Positions 48,059 to 58,471 are shown, counted from the first letter of the whole stretch. The stretch is DNA of 63,779 nt, filler included, from 9 parts of 9 records of this genome joined end to end with filler, not necessarily neighbours in it, one strand, 5' to 3'. The notes: generated by a model from the letters alone, not told the origin. Numbers and translations: made by a program.

Positions 48059-48952
48059 CTATGAAGAAATTGAAGCCATAAATTCTTGATAAAAGTACGG
48101 GTTTGCTGTGGTTGCACCACGTAATCCGATAACTTTACTCGCGAATTTTTGAGCGTTTTGGAGGCTTTGAGCAACGGACCAGCCGCTTCGTAAACCGTGA
48201 ATATATACAGCGCTGAAGGCATCTCCAGCGCCGACAGTATCAACGATTTTCAGAGTTTTTTCCGGAACCAGCGAGAAGAAATCACCTGTAACGGTTCTGA
48301 TGATGGTACCTTGTGCCCCCCGGGTAACTATCAGCTGTTCAAGTTCATAGGTCTTTTGCAACTCAGCCATCTGTTCTTCTATGCTTGTGGTTTCATGCTT
48401 TCCCAGCAGTTGCAGTTCCTCCTGATTCATTTTCACCCAGTGGGCTTTTTTGAGCCAGGCGAGAGCCTCTTCTCTCTGCCACCAGGGTAAACGCAGGTTG
48501 ACATCAAGAAAAATCTTCAGCTTATTATTGTGGCTTATTTTCTCATAGGTGCTGCGGGATACCTGGTTTCTCAGGCAAAGGGTACCATGATAAAGGATGC
48601 CATGGGCAGGCGGTGCGGGCAGTTGAACGCTGGTGATAAAGTCGTAGGCGCTGGGTGCGGTAATATCATAGCGTGGTTCACCCGCATCAATTGTAATGTC
48701 AACCTGTCCGGTGGGATTTTTATCATCGACCTGCACCGCTTTGGTGTTCATCTGCCATTTTTCCATCGCTTTTAAGACCCTGGTGCCCTGGTTATCTTTT
48801 CCCACCCGGGAAATCAATGTTGGCTGGTCACCAAAAGCCTGGAGATGCCAGGCGACATTGAACGGCGCCCCGCCCAAAATCTCTTCACCGGTTGGAAAAC
48901 AGTCAAAAAGTACTTCCCCAAAAATGTAGAGTTTGTCTTTATTCTTTCTCAT
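48059..48952 (-). CDS. PfkB-family carbohydrate kinase (fructokinase)
   Basis: GEVLFD, GGAPFNVAWHL, DVNLR, KMNQEE, DTVGAGDAF. Confidence 0.9.
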   Translation of the reverse strand: MRKNKDKLYIFGEVLFDCFPTGEEILGGAPFNVAWHLQAFGDQPTLISRVGKDNQGTRVLKAMEKWQMNTKAVQVDDKNPTGQVDITIDAGEPRYDITAPSAYDFITSVQLPAPPAHGILYHGTLCLRNQVSRSTYEKISHNNKLKIFLDVNLRLPWWQREEALAWLKKAHWVKMNQEELQLLGKHETTSIEEQMAELQKTYELEQLIVTRGAQGTIIRTVTGDFFSLVPEKTLKIVDTVGAGDAFSAVYIHGLRSGWSVAQSLQNAQKFASKVIGLRGATTANPYFYQEFMASISS

Positions 48953-49797
48953 GGTATTTTAATTTTTTCTCCTATTTCCGGGGCAAAGTATATAAGCCCT
49001 TGCAAAACTCCGGCTGTGTAATTACCGCCAAGGGCAAAGTTTTCCTCCTGTGCCAGGAAGAGGGCTTTGGTCTGACCGTTTTTTTCAGAGAGCTTCCGGG
49101 CCTTTTCTTTGATATCATCTTCCGCATTGGCCACAAGAATCGAAGGGATTGAACTGCTCAGTACCTGCAGGTCGTTGCCACTGTCTCCGGCAAAGACTAT
49201 TTCCCGGGTTTTGTAGCCTAACTGCTTTTGTAAAAATTCAATGGCGTGCTTTTTAGTTGCGTTACGCGGCAGGATGTCCAGCAGGACGATTTGTTCAGGT
49301 TCATCAAAGCTATGAATCAGACTGACATTTACTCCCAGTTTTGCCAACCGGGTCTTTACTTTTGCAAGGATGCTTTTGTGATCCGCATCCATGGATATAT
49401 AGTAGCTTAGTTTAAAGTCGTTCTGCTTATGTTCTTCCTGCAGCTCAATCTCAACTATTGTGTTGAGGGTCTTTTGCAGCTGGTCATGGGTTTTTCCCTG
49501 CCAATCTTTTGCAATCCGTTCCTGCCAGGTCTGCATTTTCTGCCAAGTACTCTTTTTTTTCTCATATATTATTGTACCTACATCTGAGATAATATATTCA
49601 GGTTCAGGGAGATCATATTCTGAAATTGCCTGTTTTACGAGGGCCAGAGATCGCCCGGTGACATAAACCAGCTTGACTTGCGGTATGCTGCAGAGCTTAG
49701 CAAACTGTCGGCGGGCATCTGGGTGTTCTGTTTGGCGACCGTTGGGGATGATCGTTCGGTCCATATCGGTACAGAGGAGTAATCTATTCACCATCAT
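48949..49797 (-). CDS. spp: HAD-IIB sucrose-phosphate phosphatase-like protein
   Basis: CTDMDRT, YVTGR, FKLSYY, LDILP..ATK, FAGDSGND; overlaps both neighbours. Confidence 0.8.
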   Translation of the reverse strand: MMVNRLLLCTDMDRTIIPNGRQTEHPDARRQFAKLCSIPQVKLVYVTGRSLALVKQAISEYDLPEPEYIISDVGTIIYEKKKSTWQKMQTWQERIAKDWQGKTHDQLQKTLNTIVEIELQEEHKQNDFKLSYYISMDADHKSILAKVKTRLAKLGVNVSLIHSFDEPEQIVLLDILPRNATKKHAIEFLQKQLGYKTREIVFAGDSGNDLQVLSSSIPSILVANAEDDIKEKARKLSEKNGQTKALFLAQEENFALGGNYTAGVLQGLIYFAPEIGEKIKIP

Positions 49798-50388
49798 TAT
49801 TTCCCTCCGATTCCCGTGGATCCTTGCAGGTGTCAAAAAAGTCATAGAATTTAAGTGCTTCTAAGATTCCTGCGGCATATGGTAGGTTGGATAAATAAAT
49901 CCGGTCAATATCATCGAGCTGGGACAACTCGTCATGGTGGCGGTTGGCCACCACTGCTGCCAGGGTATTGCCCCGCATCATATCCTCATCAGCACCTGAA
50001 CCACCGGCAACAAAAACAGTTTCCAACGGTATCGAAAATTGTTCAACAACGTAGCGTAACGCCATACCCTTGGAGGCTCTGAGGGGCAGGATATCAAGAA
50101 ACTGCCCAAAAGCAGCCTGGACGAAAACCGCCTGCTCTTCACGATGCAGCAGCTGTTTAATCTCTTCAATATCAGCTTTTTCAGGGTCGATGTAGTAGCT
50201 GAGCTTAAAGCGACTTTGCTCAACATTGGGTTGATTTTTCAGCCCGGGAAAGTCGGTGAGAAGAGCTTTTACCCTGCGTCGTGACCATTGGTAATCGATA
50301 TGGTTCGTCCAGGCAGTGTCGCAGGTCAGCTTCGGGGCATGATATATTTCTGTGCCGCTGCTTGTGATCAGTACGTCCGGTTCCGGGA
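49784..50388 (-). CDS. sps: sucrose-phosphate synthase, C-terminal HAD-like domain (5' truncated)
   Basis: Frame open to the contig edge: PDVLITSSGTEIYH, QSRFKLSYYID, GQFLDILPLRASKGMALRY, AGGSGADEDMMRGN; the GT domain is off-contig. Confidence 0.75.
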
Positions 50389-50488
50389 NNNNNNNNNNNN
50401 NNNNNNNNNNNNNNNNNNNNNNNNNNNNNNNNTTAATTAATTAANNNNNNNNNNNNNNNNNNNNNNNNNNNNNNNNNNNNNNNNNNNN
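50389..50488. other. artificial contig-joining spacer
   Basis: N44-TTAATTAATTAA-N44. Confidence 0.99.
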
Positions 50489-50930
50489 TCACAGAACGAA
50501 CATCCTCATTTCCCTTTTGATGCAAAGTGTAGGTTAACAATGCATTTGAAGCCACAGGTACGCTTAATGTATTGGTTAAAATGATTGGGGTTTCAATATT
50601 TCCCAACTCTTTCACCTGGCTATACCCACATAGCTTCCCGAAACCATTTCCCAAATAGATTGCTGCCGGAACTTTCGATTGAAAAATATTTCCAGAATGT
50701 GGTAAAATAGCAGTAACTCCTGTTCTAATACTATCTCCTTTAATAATAGTGGTATGGCCAACCTTCACCCCGCTAACGTCGGTAATTGAATTTAATTTCC
50801 CCGTTTTTAAAACACCAATCCCGATACCATAATCCCTGGCTCTATTGTTTTGTGCAAACGAATTACCAACATTCAACATAAAAGATAAGAGTACACACAA
50901 CAATATGGGGTACTTTAGAACATGCGCCAT
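50489..50930 (-). CDS. dmpA: secreted P1/DmpA-family aminopeptidase (3' truncated)
   Basis: Signal peptide, RARDYGI, NSITDVSGVKVGH, RTGVTAILP, NGFGKL.G, ETPIILTNTLSV. Confidence 0.88.
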
Positions 50931-51152
50931 AATTTTACTTTTAATTATAGTAGATAAAAATACTTATCGCTGGATATTATTTACCTATATCATCAAAAAA
51001 AAGCAAGAATATAACGAATTGAGAAAATATAATGCTCCTGTTATTACCATCTTATGATAAGGGCACACAGTGTAACAACCTGCATTAAAAGCACCTGTTA
51101 GGAGTTTGGGAATTCTGTCAAATTTGTTATCCGGTACTTAAATCATTAATTC

Positions 51153-51197
51153 AAAAAAAAAAGAAGGGCTTCATACCTTAACGCATAAGCCCTCTTT
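51153..51197 (-). terminator. intrinsic terminator after the lipoprotein gene
   Basis: AAGAAGGGCTT...AAGCCCTCTT stem with an A-run on plus (U-run on minus). Confidence 0.55.
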
Positions 51198-51222
51198 ATA
51201 AATCTATATGTCAATAAAAAAA

Positions 51223-52197
51223 CTATAACTGAGCAATAAACCAAAACTTAAACGGACTTCCAGATGATTGACTTTGACTTTGTTTTCCGCCATTCATTCC
51301 ACCTTCCGAGCCTCCGGGGCCACCAGGGCCGCCACCCATTCCGGGACCACCACCCATGCCTGGGCCTCCTCCCATACCAGGTCCGCCACCCATTCCGGGA
51401 GGACCGCTCATTCCTGCAGACATTCCACCTTCTTGTGGACCACCTTCGCTTTGGTTACTGTTACCACTGGATGCTTTTCCGGTTGTTACTCCAATGGCAA
51501 TTTTCTCGCCCTGATTAAGCTCCAGTTCGTTAAGAGGCATTCTTACGGTCATCATCAAATAAAACTCGCCCGAAGGTTCAAACTTGATATCTATTTCCTG
51601 GCCTGGTCTCTTGCACGAAAAAATGTATTCCGAATCTCCCTTTTTCCAGGTTACTCTTTCCATACTTCTACAAACCTTTTGAACATTATTGCTACTCATC
51701 CCTCCCAATTCGGAGCCACCCTGGCTGGGAAATCCGTCGGAATTACCCTCTTGATTACCTGGAGGCATTCCTCCTCTTTGTCCATCATCCGGAGGCGTTC
51801 CTCCTTCCGGCCGTTCTCCCATTTTTGAGTCTGATGATCCCGGCATCCCCATTTCGTTAAAACCAGCTTGCATACCTTCCGATTTTTCAATGGAAAGAAG
51901 CCAGTTCTTTTTCTTCTTGCATTTTTTATCGAAGTACAGGCTTAAACCATTGTCTAATATTTTAGACATATCTGCCTGATTATGAAAACAAATTTGGGTG
52001 TATAAATACTTGTCGTCGCTACTTGTTCCGTAATCTACTCCTTTTTTAAAGATATACTCATCTGCTATTTGGGTACTTACATTTGCCGGCATACCCGGCT
52101 CTGCTTTTTTACTTTGGTAGATGGGAAGTTTAGCACACGATGTAATTAAAAACATCCCTGTAATAAATAAAGCGATTACAATGTTTCTGTTTTTCAT
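51223..52197 (-). CDS. hypothetical lipoprotein with Gly/Pro/Met low-complexity repeats
   Basis: MKNRNIV..LITSC lipobox, GLSLYFD core, GMGGGP repeats, C-terminal FWFIAQL. Confidence 0.75.
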   Translation of the reverse strand: MKNRNIVIALFITGMFLITSCAKLPIYQSKKAEPGMPANVSTQIADEYIFKKGVDYGTSSDDKYLYTQICFHNQADMSKILDNGLSLYFDKKCKKKKNWLLSIEKSEGMQAGFNEMGMPGSSDSKMGERPEGGTPPDDGQRGGMPPGNQEGNSDGFPSQGGSELGGMSSNNVQKVCRSMERVTWKKGDSEYIFSCKRPGQEIDIKFEPSGEFYLMMTVRMPLNELELNQGEKIAIGVTTGKASSGNSNQSEGGPQEGGMSAGMSGPPGMGGGPGMGGGPGMGGGPGMGGGPGGPGGSEGGMNGGKQSQSQSSGSPFKFWFIAQL

Positions 52198-52541
52198 TTT
52201 ATAAAATATTGTTTGTTTTCTTTTGTATAAATGCATTCGTTTTTTAGGAAGCTATACCTGGAGCCTCCGTGCTTCTTCAATACAGGTTTAAAGGAATCAA
52301 CCCTATGATCTTTTACAACTTTTAACGTAGCTCGTCGATTTTTAACAATAAATCTTTTCTTTCCTTTTTTGAACTGCAATTCGCATAAATCCCAACTATA
52401 ATATTGCTGTGTGTCTGTATCGAAACCATTCTTTGTTACAAACCTAAGTGCACTAAACTTCGAATTAAATCTTTCAGGATGTCTAAAACTTGCCCAAAAA
52501 CACCAAAGAGCTTTTAAACTTATACTTGTTTGGCAATTCAT
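52194..52541 (-). CDS. possible small basic hypothetical protein
   Basis: 115-aa ORF whose stop overlaps the lipoprotein ATG (ATGA); no recognisable motif. Confidence 0.3.
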   Translation of the reverse strand: MNCQTSISLKALWCFWASFRHPERFNSKFSALRFVTKNGFDTDTQQYYSWDLCELQFKKGKKRFIVKNRRATLKVVKDHRVDSFKPVLKKHGGSRYSFLKNECIYTKENKQYFIK

Positions 52542-52628
52542 TTCTATTTAAATTTAAAGCTAATTAGTACAATCCTTATACCGATTTTGTGACAACGTAA
52601 TGTTTGAGATTTTGATACAGAATGACGC

Positions 52629-55184
52629 ATGAAAAAACCAAAATTCCATCTGACGCTAAATTCAGGCAGGTTCCTGTTAATACCTGCTCTGTTAACATTA
52701 TTCTTTTTTATAATTTATTTGGTTTACAGAGATAAAAAAATAAGTACGGTTAACGAATTCAATAATGAACAACTCATCCTGGTAAGAACCGCCTCGCAAG
52801 GCTTAACCTCTTTTTTTGATGATTGTCAATCTGATTTATTTTTTTTAGCAAAACTCGATGACATTATTAATGTAACAGAAAAGAGTAATGTCTTGATGCA
52901 AAGTTTTTACGAAACACACAAAGATGAGATAGCGGCAATAACCAGGATTGATTCTAATGGGATTATTCTTTCTACATTCCCTTATAATGCAACAACAATA
53001 GGAAGTGATATTTCTTACCAAAAACATGTTCAGCAACTACTCACGACGCACGAAATTGTGATAAGCGATGTTTTTATGTCTGTTCAAGGCTTTCTTACCA
53101 TCGCCATACATGTACCTGTTTATAAGAACAATACATTTGCAGGAAGCGTTGCGTTTTTGGCACCAATGAATAAATTGGGTGAAAAGTTCTTAGGAAAAAT
53201 AAAAATCAGGGGAACTGGTACTGCCTGGCTGCTTAGCGAAAATGGCATGGAAATCTATTGCTCGGTTCCTGGCCATACCGGCAAATCTTTTCTTGAAAAT
53301 ACAAATCAAAATTATCAGGCCCAAGACCTTATGGCAACTATCGGGGCAAAACCAAGTGGCAACATAAAAAGTATACACCAAAAGGGTAAAGTGAACGGGA
53401 AACCGAAATTTGACGAACAGTACATTACCTTTTACCGTACAACGCTCGGAAATACCTATTGGACCATTCTTATTTCTTGTCAGGAAAGGGACATTTACAC
53501 TGCACTTACACGATTTCGCAATCACTCTGCCATTGCATTTCTACTCCTATTGGCAGGGATCTCCTACTATTTTTATTCAATTGTAGAAGCAAGAAACGTA
53601 ATACATGAAGAAGCAAAAAGACGAAAAGCAGAAAGAACATTAAAGAAAAGTGAAGAAAAGTTTCGCAAATTATTTGAAGATCATTCGGCTGTTAAATTGC
53701 TTATCGATATGGATTCTGGAATAATTGTGGATGCCAATAAAGCTGCTGTAAATTTTTATGGCTGGAGTAGAACCGAATTGCAACAAATGAAATATGAGCA
53801 AATCAACAAATCGGTTGCTGAGTGTGCTAAACAAAAAATGCGTCAGCTCTTGGCGGGTGAAAAAATAAATGACGAATTCAAACACCGGCTAAAGAATAAA
53901 GAGGTACGTGACGTTGCTGTATTTAGCAGTAAAATTGAAGTGGAGAATAAAAAACTGGTACACTCCGTAGTACATGATATAACCGACAGAAAAAGAATTG
54001 AAGAAGCATTAATAGTTGCCAAAGAGCAAGCCGAAGAAAGCAACCGGCTGAAAACGGCTTTTCTGCAAAACATGAGTCACGAGATTAGAACTCCCATGAA
54101 TGCCATTATGGGATTTTCCGCTTTAATGGAAAGTTATTATAACGACAAGGCTAAACTTAAAGAGTTTGCCGAAATAATTAACCTGAGTTGTAACAACCTG
54201 CTTAAAATTATCAACGATATTTTAGACATTGCCAAAATAGAATCGGGCATGTTGCCGGTTAATCATGAAACATTTAAGATTAGTGAGTTATTTGCGGAAT
54301 TAAATACATTCTTTAAAAAGCATCAAAAGTTAGTTGATAAACAGCACCTGAAATTTGAACTGAACGTTAACAATGATCCTAACGAGAAAACAATTATTTC
54401 GGATAAAGGAAAACTGCAACAAATCTTGGTCAACCTGATAAGCAATGCCTTTAAATTTACTGATTCAGGAAAAATTGAAGGAGGCTATAAGTTTGATGAT
54501 AACCAAAGCATTATTTTCTATGTTTCAGACACAGGTATTGGTATACCGGAGAATAAACAGGATACAATATTCGAACGTTTTACACAATTGCACGACAATA
54601 AAAAAACGGTATACGGGGGAACAGGACTGGGACTTTCAATCGTTAAGGGTCTGGTTGATTTACTGGGAGGTAAAATCTGGGTAGAAACAACCGATGAATC
54701 TCACAATGGAGCAATCTCCAACGGTACTACTTTCTATTTTTCTGTTCCGTATAAAATAGCACAGTCTGCTAAAACGAATCCCAAACCAATAGATAACAAT
54801 AAACAATTTAAGTTTCAAAACCAAAAGGTTTTATTGGTAGAAGATAATTTTTCCAATTCAAAATATGTTCAGGAGATTCTCTCTGCTGCTGATTTAGATG
54901 TCTACCATGCCGAGAATGGCCTGAATGGGATTAAGATGGCCATTGCTAATCCACCTGATATTGTTCTGATGGACATCGGGTTGCCAGATATTAGTGGCTA
55001 CGAGGTTACACGTCGTTTAAAAAACCAAGATGCAAACGTGAAGGTTATAGCACAAACAGCTTATGCTTCCAACTCTGACAGACAAAAAGCCTTTGAAGCC
55101 GGTTGCGACGACTACATAAGCAAACCAATAAATCGTCACTTGCTGTTAGCCTTGTTAAACAAGTACCTAACTAACAACAATTAA
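52629..55184 (+). CDS. membrane hybrid histidine kinase (dCache, PAS, HisKA, HATPase, receiver)
   Basis: FLQNMSHEIRTPMN, NLISNAFKFT, DTGIGI, GGTGLGL, LLVEDN, LMDIGLP, YISKP. Confidence 0.93.
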   Translation: MKKPKFHLTLNSGRFLLIPALLTLFFFIIYLVYRDKKISTVNEFNNEQLILVRTASQGLTSFFDDCQSDLFFLAKLDDIINVTEKSNVLMQSFYETHKDEIAAITRIDSNGIILSTFPYNATTIGSDISYQKHVQQLLTTHEIVISDVFMSVQGFLTIAIHVPVYKNNTFAGSVAFLAPMNKLGEKFLGKIKIRGTGTAWLLSENGMEIYCSVPGHTGKSFLENTNQNYQAQDLMATIGAKPSGNIKSIHQKGKVNGKPKFDEQYITFYRTTLGNTYWTILISCQERDIYTALTRFRNHSAIAFLLLLAGISYYFYSIVEARNVIHEEAKRRKAERTLKKSEEKFRKLFEDHSAVKLLIDMDSGIIVDANKAAVNFYGWSRTELQQMKYEQINKSVAECAKQKMRQLLAGEKINDEFKHRLKNKEVRDVAVFSSKIEVENKKLVHSVVHDITDRKRIEEALIVAKEQAEESNRLKTAFLQNMSHEIRTPMNAIMGFSALMESYYNDKAKLKEFAEIINLSCNNLLKIINDILDIAKIESGMLPVNHETFKISELFAELNTFFKKHQKLVDKQHLKFELNVNNDPNEKTIISDKGKLQQILVNLISNAFKFTDSGKIEGGYKFDDNQSIIFYVSDTGIGIPENKQDTIFERFTQLHDNKKTVYGGTGLGLSIVKGLVDLLGGKIWVETTDESHNGAISNGTTFYFSVPYKIAQSAKTNPKPIDNNKQFKFQNQKVLLVEDNFSNSKYVQEILSAADLDVYHAENGLNGIKMAIANPPDIVLMDIGLPDISGYEVTRRLKNQDANVKVIAQTAYASNSDRQKAFEAGCDDYISKPINRHLLLALLNKYLTNNN

Positions 55185-55192
55185 AGTATTGA

Positions 55193-56257
55193 TCAATAAT
55201 TGGCCAATATGCTATAGGCAAACCAAAGCAAAGGTGCCTGTCCGTGAAGATCGCCGGTAATCCGGGGGCGTGTAAGGTAGTAATCCTCATCGGTACTTTG
55301 CCCTGTTCCCACACACACGTCCCTAACTTTTCCATCTTCTCCAATGTATTCACAGAGCCCGTTCCAGGCCTTTACACTTGCACCTTCATATGGTTCTTTG
55401 GGTAATAAGCCTTTTTTAACTCCAACGGTCATAGCAAATCCAAACATAGCTGATGATGACGATTCTTTAAATGAATTATCATTATCAATCAGTTGACGCC
55501 ACATTCCATCCTCAGCCTGGTGGTCAACCAAAGTTTTCATCATTTTTTTATACCCCTCAAGGATTGAATGATAATGAGGATTATTTTCAGGCAGGACAGA
55601 CAATAACTCGGCAAAACCAGCTGCCACCCATCCATTTCCTCGTCCCCAAAAGAAAGGTGCCTGGGATCCATGATAAAACAATCCGTTTGGTTGTTGCAAC
55701 TTTTTAATATACGAATCAATTTCCAGAGCTGCTCGTTCCAGGTAAATCATTTTTCCGGTAGCACGGTATGCCTGAACCTGTAGAGAACCGATCATATAAA
55801 CATCGTCAATCCAATACCTGGTTTGTGCCGTTAATCCATTGGGTAAGGGATCAGCCCATTGTCCGTCTGCCAACTCAATTCCCTGTTTTAAATATTTTAG
55901 ATCCTTATTCTGCATAAAAAGTTCAAGTGGTAAAATGCCATAAACATTGGCATCTACATGGTTTGCCGAATTTGGAATGTTCTTTTCAATCACCCTGTCG
56001 TATCTCTTTGTAAGACTCGTTATAGCCTCCTCATCCTTGAGTAAAGCAGAAAGTCTGATCGCTCCATAGCCAGTACAAACATCGGCATAATGCACAGCAA
56101 TAACGTCATCTACTTTGTACATCATAAACTCCTGGCGCGAAAGTAAATCCTCTACGATCAACCTTCCCAATTCTTCGGGAGATTTTGAATACTCAGGCGT
56201 TTTTAAACCAATACAAACTGAAAAAAGAAGAGGAAAAACAATGGTTAGTGTTTTCAT
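55193..56257 (-). CDS. unsaturated uronyl hydrolase (GH105/GH88 family)
   Basis: YWIDDVYM, NGLFYH, FWGRGNGW, DGMWRQL, ESSSSAMF. Confidence 0.88.
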   Translation of the reverse strand: MKTLTIVFPLLFSVCIGLKTPEYSKSPEELGRLIVEDLLSRQEFMMYKVDDVIAVHYADVCTGYGAIRLSALLKDEEAITSLTKRYDRVIEKNIPNSANHVDANVYGILPLELFMQNKDLKYLKQGIELADGQWADPLPNGLTAQTRYWIDDVYMIGSLQVQAYRATGKMIYLERAALEIDSYIKKLQQPNGLFYHGSQAPFFWGRGNGWVAAGFAELLSVLPENNPHYHSILEGYKKMMKTLVDHQAEDGMWRQLIDNDNSFKESSSSAMFGFAMTVGVKKGLLPKEPYEGASVKAWNGLCEYIGEDGKVRDVCVGTGQSTDEDYYLTRPRITGDLHGQAPLLWFAYSILANY

Positions 56258-56427
56258 TTTTAAAACTTTTCAATGAAAATACACAAACGAATAGTTTTAT
56301 TCAAATATAAATTTCTTTTCTATAAAAGAAGATAATAAAGGTGTCCTTAAGGTTCACACACTGATTAGTCGAAACACAACTTCATTTTAATTTAATCTTT
56401 TTTAATTTTGACGCAAACGAAAACAAG

Positions 56428-57021
56428 ATGTCAGATTTTTTCCAAATTACACACTCTGGACCTATCCCCGAAATATTCCATTCTGAAAAGGAAAAGAAAC
56501 TGTTTGAAAATTGCAGAATTTGTGGCAAAAATGTGAAAGACAGTGGAGAATTATACCTTATTGAAAAAGCTTATCAATACGATGATAATACTGGTGAAAA
56601 AAAATTGATTTTTGAACTGGCCTGTTGCATGAATTGCCGGGAGGAAATGTATGAATCGCTTTCAAAAGAATCTAAACAAAAAATAGAGGCATGGTTTGCA
56701 AGTAATTGCGACATAGAAAAACGCGATGCAGAACTAAAAAAACATAACCTGATAGATCCTGACATCTGGATAAACAATTGTATTGTTAAAAATAAATCGA
56801 TTGATGAAGTGAAAGAATTTCAGGTGTATGCTCTTTGCTGGAATGATGAACTGGTTTACCATAACATGCCCTACATGCTTTGCGGAGAGACCGTTGATGA
56901 GCTTATGGATTTATTATCGAACAAAAGTCTTGATATTCTGAATGATTTTATGGCAGACCTTATCGATCTCCCTCCCGAATTTGGTGAATTACTGCAGGAT
57001 AAGAAGTTGTTGTTGATTTGA
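56428..57021 (+). CDS. cysteine-containing hypothetical protein (CxxC pairs)
   Basis: CRIC and CMNC pairs, YLIEKA, PYMLC; TAATTTTG promoter box at 56403-56410. Confidence 0.7.
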   Translation: MSDFFQITHSGPIPEIFHSEKEKKLFENCRICGKNVKDSGELYLIEKAYQYDDNTGEKKLIFELACCMNCREEMYESLSKESKQKIEAWFASNCDIEKRDAELKKHNLIDPDIWINNCIVKNKSIDEVKEFQVYALCWNDELVYHNMPYMLCGETVDELMDLLSNKSLDILNDFMADLIDLPPEFGELLQDKKLLLI

Positions 57022-57134
57022 ATTGGACACAAAAGAAAATGGATACCGTTAAATTTACCAACCTAAAGAAAAACAATTCTGGGTTATTTCCATTTCAAAC
57101 CCATTTTAATCCGAACATATCTGCAAATAAATTG

Positions 57135-57142
57135 TACCTTTG
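57135..57142 (+). promoter_or_regulatory. Bacteroidota -7 promoter box TACCTTTG for the cold-shock gene
   Basis: Matches TAnnTTTG, 170 nt upstream of the ATG. Confidence 0.5.
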
Positions 57143-57311
57143 TGGCAGATTTCAGATTTAAGAATTTTTACGCATACCTACCAACCCCTCCCCAGGATAG
57201 TTTGCCTTTTTAAATCTCATTTCTTAAAAATAATACAATTATAAAGATTCCTTGAGGTCAACCAGTTGGGTACAAGGTTAATCTTTTAACATCAAATTTT
57301 GACAATTATTT

Positions 57312-57764
57312 ATGGGTAGATCACAAGAAACATTTAACAAAAAAGAAGTTAGAAAAAAGCAAGAGAAAAAAAGAAAAGACAAAGAAGCCAAAAGACTTGC
57401 ACGTAAATCGGGAGAAAATTCAGGTGGTTTAGACGATATGATCGCTTATGTTGATGAATTTGGACGGATTACTTCAACTCCTCCGGATGCCACTAAAAAA
57501 GAAGAAATAAAAGCCGAAAATATTGAAGTTAGTGTACCAAAAGGCGGTTTTAATTCTGAAGAAGACAGCATTAAAAAAGGAATTGTTTCGTTCTTTAATG
57601 ATCAAAAAGGCTATGGATTTATACGTGATTTAAGCAATAATCAGAATATTTTTGTACACATTAAGAATGTTGAAGGCAAAATAAAAGATGGAAACCGAGT
57701 ATCTTTCGAATTAGGGCAAGGAGAAAGAGGTCCGGCTGCCATTAATGTTAAATTAGCAGATTAA
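57312..57764 (+). CDS. Bacteroidota-type cold-shock domain protein with basic N-terminal extension
   Basis: MGRSQETFNKKE, DDMIAYVDEFG, RNP1 KGYGFI, RNP2 IFVH. Confidence 0.92.
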   Translation: MGRSQETFNKKEVRKKQEKKRKDKEAKRLARKSGENSGGLDDMIAYVDEFGRITSTPPDATKKEEIKAENIEVSVPKGGFNSEEDSIKKGIVSFFNDQKGYGFIRDLSNNQNIFVHIKNVEGKIKDGNRVSFELGQGERGPAAINVKLAD

Positions 57765-57819
57765 TGTGTATTATTCATTGATTCATCTTAACTTTTACAT
57801 GAATTAAACTTACAACCAG

Positions 57820-58471
57820 ATGGAAAAAGAACTTAATCTGGCCGTGTTAATCGATGGAGATAATATTCCTTCGGCCTATGTAAAAGAAATGATGGAGGAA
57901 ATCGCCAAATACGGAAATCCAACCATTAAACGTATTTATGGCGATTGGACAAAACCTATTTTAGCAAAGTGGAAGAACCTTCTGCTTGAAAATGCTATTA
58001 CACCTATTCAGCAATACGGCTATACAAGCGGAAAAAATGCAACCGATTCGGCCATGATTATTGACGCAATGGATATTTTGTATAGCGAAAAAGTAAATGG
58101 GTTTTGTCTGGTTTCAAGCGATAGTGATTTTACAAGACTCGCAGTTAGGTTGCGCGAAGCAGGAATGCATGTAATTGGAATTGGTGAGAAAAAAACACCG
58201 GAACCTTTTATTGTAGCCTGTGACCGGTTTATTTATATCGAAATTCTTAAAAGCCGCTCGAAAGAAAGTGAAAGTGCGACTCCCGATAAAACAGAAAAAA
58301 AAGGAAATGTAGACAAAATAACCCCTAAAGTTATTCGACTGATTTCCAAAACCATATCGGATCTTGCTGATGAAGATGGGTGGGCATTTTTAGGCGATGT
58401 TGGTAGTTTGCTGCAAAAAAAACAACCCAACTTTGATTCGCGTAATTATGGTTTTGATAAGTTGACTCCCT
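57820..58471 (+). CDS. NYN (LabA/DUF88 PIN-like) domain protein with OST-HTH/LOTUS domain (3' truncated)
   Basis: LIDGDN, KRIYGDW, GKNATD..IIDAMD, SSDSDF, DEDGWAFLGDVG, FDSRNYG. Confidence 0.9.

Noticed and set aside
51320..51410. CRISPR-like short repeats
   Set aside because: Degenerate 18-nt coding repeats (GMGGGP) with no unique spacers and no cas genes.
57820..58471. NYN-domain gene as a toxin or anti-phage system
   Set aside because: Common stand-alone LabA/DUF88-LOTUS architecture; truncated, and no partner gene is visible.
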